Source: a virus
Strand: one strand, 5' to 3'
IMG/VR virus record: IMGVR_UViG_3300013869_000032
Coordinates: 1-6,480 of that record
DNA length: 6,480 bases
The position numbers and the translations under genes are program-made. Below are positions 5,204 through 6,480 of this stretch, piece by piece. Under the pieces are notes generated by a model that saw only the letters and a program-made list of their open reading frames with translations, was not told the DNA's origin and made no database searches. Position 1 is the first letter of the stretch. Each line of letters starts with the position of its first letter.

Positions 5204-5301
5204 TGTTCGCCGCCAGCCTGTCGGCCTCGTTCTGGCTCTTTGCCACCCTCGCCGGTGGTGTTTTGGCTCTCGCCTTTGTTCGTCGTGAGCTGCGGCCATG
5301 A
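5203..5301 (+). CDS. Small hydrophobic protein, gVII/gIX-like minor coat candidate (32 aa, MFAASLSASFWLFATLAGGVLALAFVRRELRP)
   Basis: It starts in a TGATG overlap with the gV-like stop (5201-5205) and ends in an ATGA overlap with the next ORF (5298-5301). It has a single TM helix and a basic tail. It is absent from the supplied ORF track because of its size. Confidence 0.5.
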   Translation: MFAASLSASFWLFATLAGGVLALAFVRRELRP

Positions 5302-5570
5302 GTCTCTGTGTTGAAGTCGTAGCTGATTCGATTCGCGTGGTTGGCGAGTACTCGCCTGCCTGCGCCGGTTACGCGCTCATGACTGCTGAGGAATACGCCG
5401 CAACGCCGACGCTGGCGGCTCTTTTTGCAATGCCCGATTCGGAGACGATCCAGACCGCTTTTATGGCTGGCCTGTCTCTGCCCCTGATCCTCTGGCTGAC
5501 CGCCTGGGGATTCGGCGTAGTTGTGGGTTACATCAATTCACGCGCCGAACCACTAACCATCGAGGAGTAA
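5298..5570 (+). CDS. Hypothetical membrane protein (90 aa) upstream of the major coat gene
   Basis: It is translationally coupled by the ATGA overlap. It has a C-terminal TM segment AFMAGLSLPLILWLTAWGFGVVVGYI. It ends 5 nt before the coat gene ATG. No family was recognised. Confidence 0.6.
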   Translation: MSLCVEVVADSIRVVGEYSPACAGYALMTAEEYAATPTLAALFAMPDSETIQTAFMAGLSLPLILWLTAWGFGVVVGYINSRAEPLTIEE

Positions 5571-5575
5571 CACCC

Positions 5576-5710
5576 ATGGATTTCACCGCCATCACCTCCG
5601 CTGTTGACGCTACCACCGTAGTTGCCGCCATCGCCGCTATTGCGGCAATCAAGGTCCTGCCGGGCGTTGCCAAGTGGGGCTTTAACAAGGTTATCGGCTG
5701 GTTCCGTTAA
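5576..5710 (+). CDS. Major coat protein, gVIII-like (44 aa, no signal peptide)
   Basis: The sequence is MDFTAITSAVDATTVVAAIAAIAAIKVLPGVAKWGFNKVIGWFR, with an acidic N-terminus, an Ala/Ile/Val-rich hydrophobic core and a basic/aromatic C-terminus (K,K,K,R,W,F). RBS GAGGAG is at 5562-5567. A strong terminator follows. This layout is the hallmark of inovirus major coat proteins. The track omits it because of its size. Confidence 0.85.
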   Translation: MDFTAITSAVDATTVVAAIAAIAAIKVLPGVAKWGFNKVIGWFR

Positions 5711-5727
5711 CCGTTGCTGCACTGCTA

Positions 5728-5756
5728 GAGGCTCCTTCGGGGGCCTCATTTGTTTT
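5728..5756 (+). terminator. Rho-independent terminator after the major coat gene
   Basis: GAGGCTCC (5728-5735) pairs with GGGGCCTC (5740-5747), with one G-T pair, around a TTCG tetraloop. ATTTGTTTT follows. Partial termination after gVIII is a classic inovirus expression feature. Confidence 0.75.
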
Positions 5757-5805
5757 GGGGATTAGACATGCTCATTCAATTCGGGATTTTCTTCTGGGGG
5801 GCGTT

Positions 5806-6480
5806 ATGTGCCGGTTCGATTATCGTTGGCTTCTCCTGTTCCTGACGTTTTTTGGCCCTGTCGGTAGCGCGTTTGCTGCCTACACGTACAGCATTAACGG
5901 CTCTGCTGCATACGTTCAGAGTGGGCCGTTTTCGTCGTTCGCTGCCCTGAAGTCGGCTAACAATCCTAATTGGGTCTACTCGCCTGCTACCAGTCCGTAT
6001 TACTACCGCATGACTTGTAATAAAACCGGCACCTCCGGCGTTGTCTCTGGATGCCCCTATAACGGCTACGTCTTTTTTATTACGCGCATCGGTGAGTGCG
6101 TTGCGCCTGAAGTTATCGACGAAACAGGCGAGTGTGTTGTTCCTCCCGATAATTCCTGCGAGGCCAAGCAAGGCGAAACGATGAACTGGTCTAAATCCGG
6201 CTCCGCTGGTGATGGCTACGGTTCGCTTACTCAGATCAATGGCAAGCCTATGTTTCTGCCCGGTATGAACGCCTGCCATTCTGGCTGCGCTGTTGAGACT
6301 ACTGACCGCCGCTGCTCAGCGCGTGTTAATGGCGACTACTTCTGCCGGGGCTCAGGTGAGTTCACCGGTTCCGAATGCCCTCAGGGCGAGCCCACTGGCA
6401 CCGATCTGGTTCCAGAAGAAACCATCGAGACGCCTGAGCCGCAGAACCTCAAGGACGAGCAGCCGTGTATCTATGCCCCC
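5806..6480 (+). CDS. gIII-like minor coat / adsorption protein, N-terminal part. The gene wraps the circular junction and continues at 2-799, giving 448 aa in total on the 6353-bp circle.
   Basis: ATG at 5806 lies 4 nt after a G-run (5796-5801). The N-terminus MCRFDYRWLLLFLTFFGPVGSAFA/AY looks like a Sec signal peptide with an AxA cleavage site. The mature region is Cys-rich and includes a short internal repeat GECVAP...GECVVP. The frame stays open to the window end and is in phase with frame 2 at the window start. The supplied ORF track omits it because it has no stop inside the window. Confidence 0.8.
   Translation, partial: MCRFDYRWLLLFLTFFGPVGSAFAAYTYSINGSAAYVQSGPFSSFAALKSANNPNWVYSPATSPYYYRMTCNKTGTSGVVSGCPYNGYVFFITRIGECVAPEVIDETGECVVPPDNSCEAKQGETMNWSKSGSAGDGYGSLTQINGKPMFLPGMNACHSGCAVETTDRRCSARVNGDYFCRGSGEFTGSECPQGEPTGTDLVPEETIETPEPQNLKDEQPCIYAP
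6354..6480. repeat. Terminal direct duplication, copy 2 (identical to 1-127)
   Basis: Same comparison as copy 1. A 127-nt overlap is what de Bruijn assemblers leave on circular contigs built at k=127. Confidence 0.97.

Larger units (their letters stand above)
1..6353 (+). mobile_element. Complete circular filamentous-phage (Inoviridae-like) genome or replicative form, unit length 6353 bp, permuted so that the break falls inside the gIII-like gene
   Basis: The 127-bp terminal duplication shows circularity. The canonical inovirus order Rep - gV-like - small TM proteins - major coat - gIII-like - gVI-like - Zot/pI is present, almost all on one strand with tight or overlapping junctions. A non-coding hairpin-rich region of about 340 nt is also present. 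Confidence 0.9.

Overview
This window is one complete, circularly permuted genome of a small filamentous ssDNA phage (Inoviridae-like), not a chromosomal segment. Bases 1-127 are identical to 6354-6480, so the unit length is 6353 bp. One gene, the gIII-like adsorption protein, is split across the window ends.

Gene order on the + strand is the canonical inovirus layout:
- HUH rolling-circle Rep (3264-4634)
- gV-like protein (4871-5203)
- two small membrane proteins coupled by ATGA/TGATG overlaps (5203-5301, 5298-5570)
- a 44-aa leaderless major coat protein (5576-5710) followed by a UUCG-loop terminator
- gIII-like protein (5806 through the junction to 799)
- gVI-like protein (808-1101)
- Zot/pI assembly ATPase (1105-2382)

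The only convincing minus-strand gene is an HTH repressor-like ORF (4785-4408). Its 3' end overlaps the 3' end of rep by 227 nt.

Between zot and the hairpin-rich intergenic region lies a self-contained accessory cassette. It has a near-consensus promoter carrying a perfect palindrome, a basic 123/129-aa protein, and a 31-aa transmembrane peptide. This cassette is the part least explained by core phage biology.

No secretin, integrase, tRNA, rRNA or CRISPR is present. All functional calls rest on motifs, protein architecture and synteny read by eye. No database search was possible.
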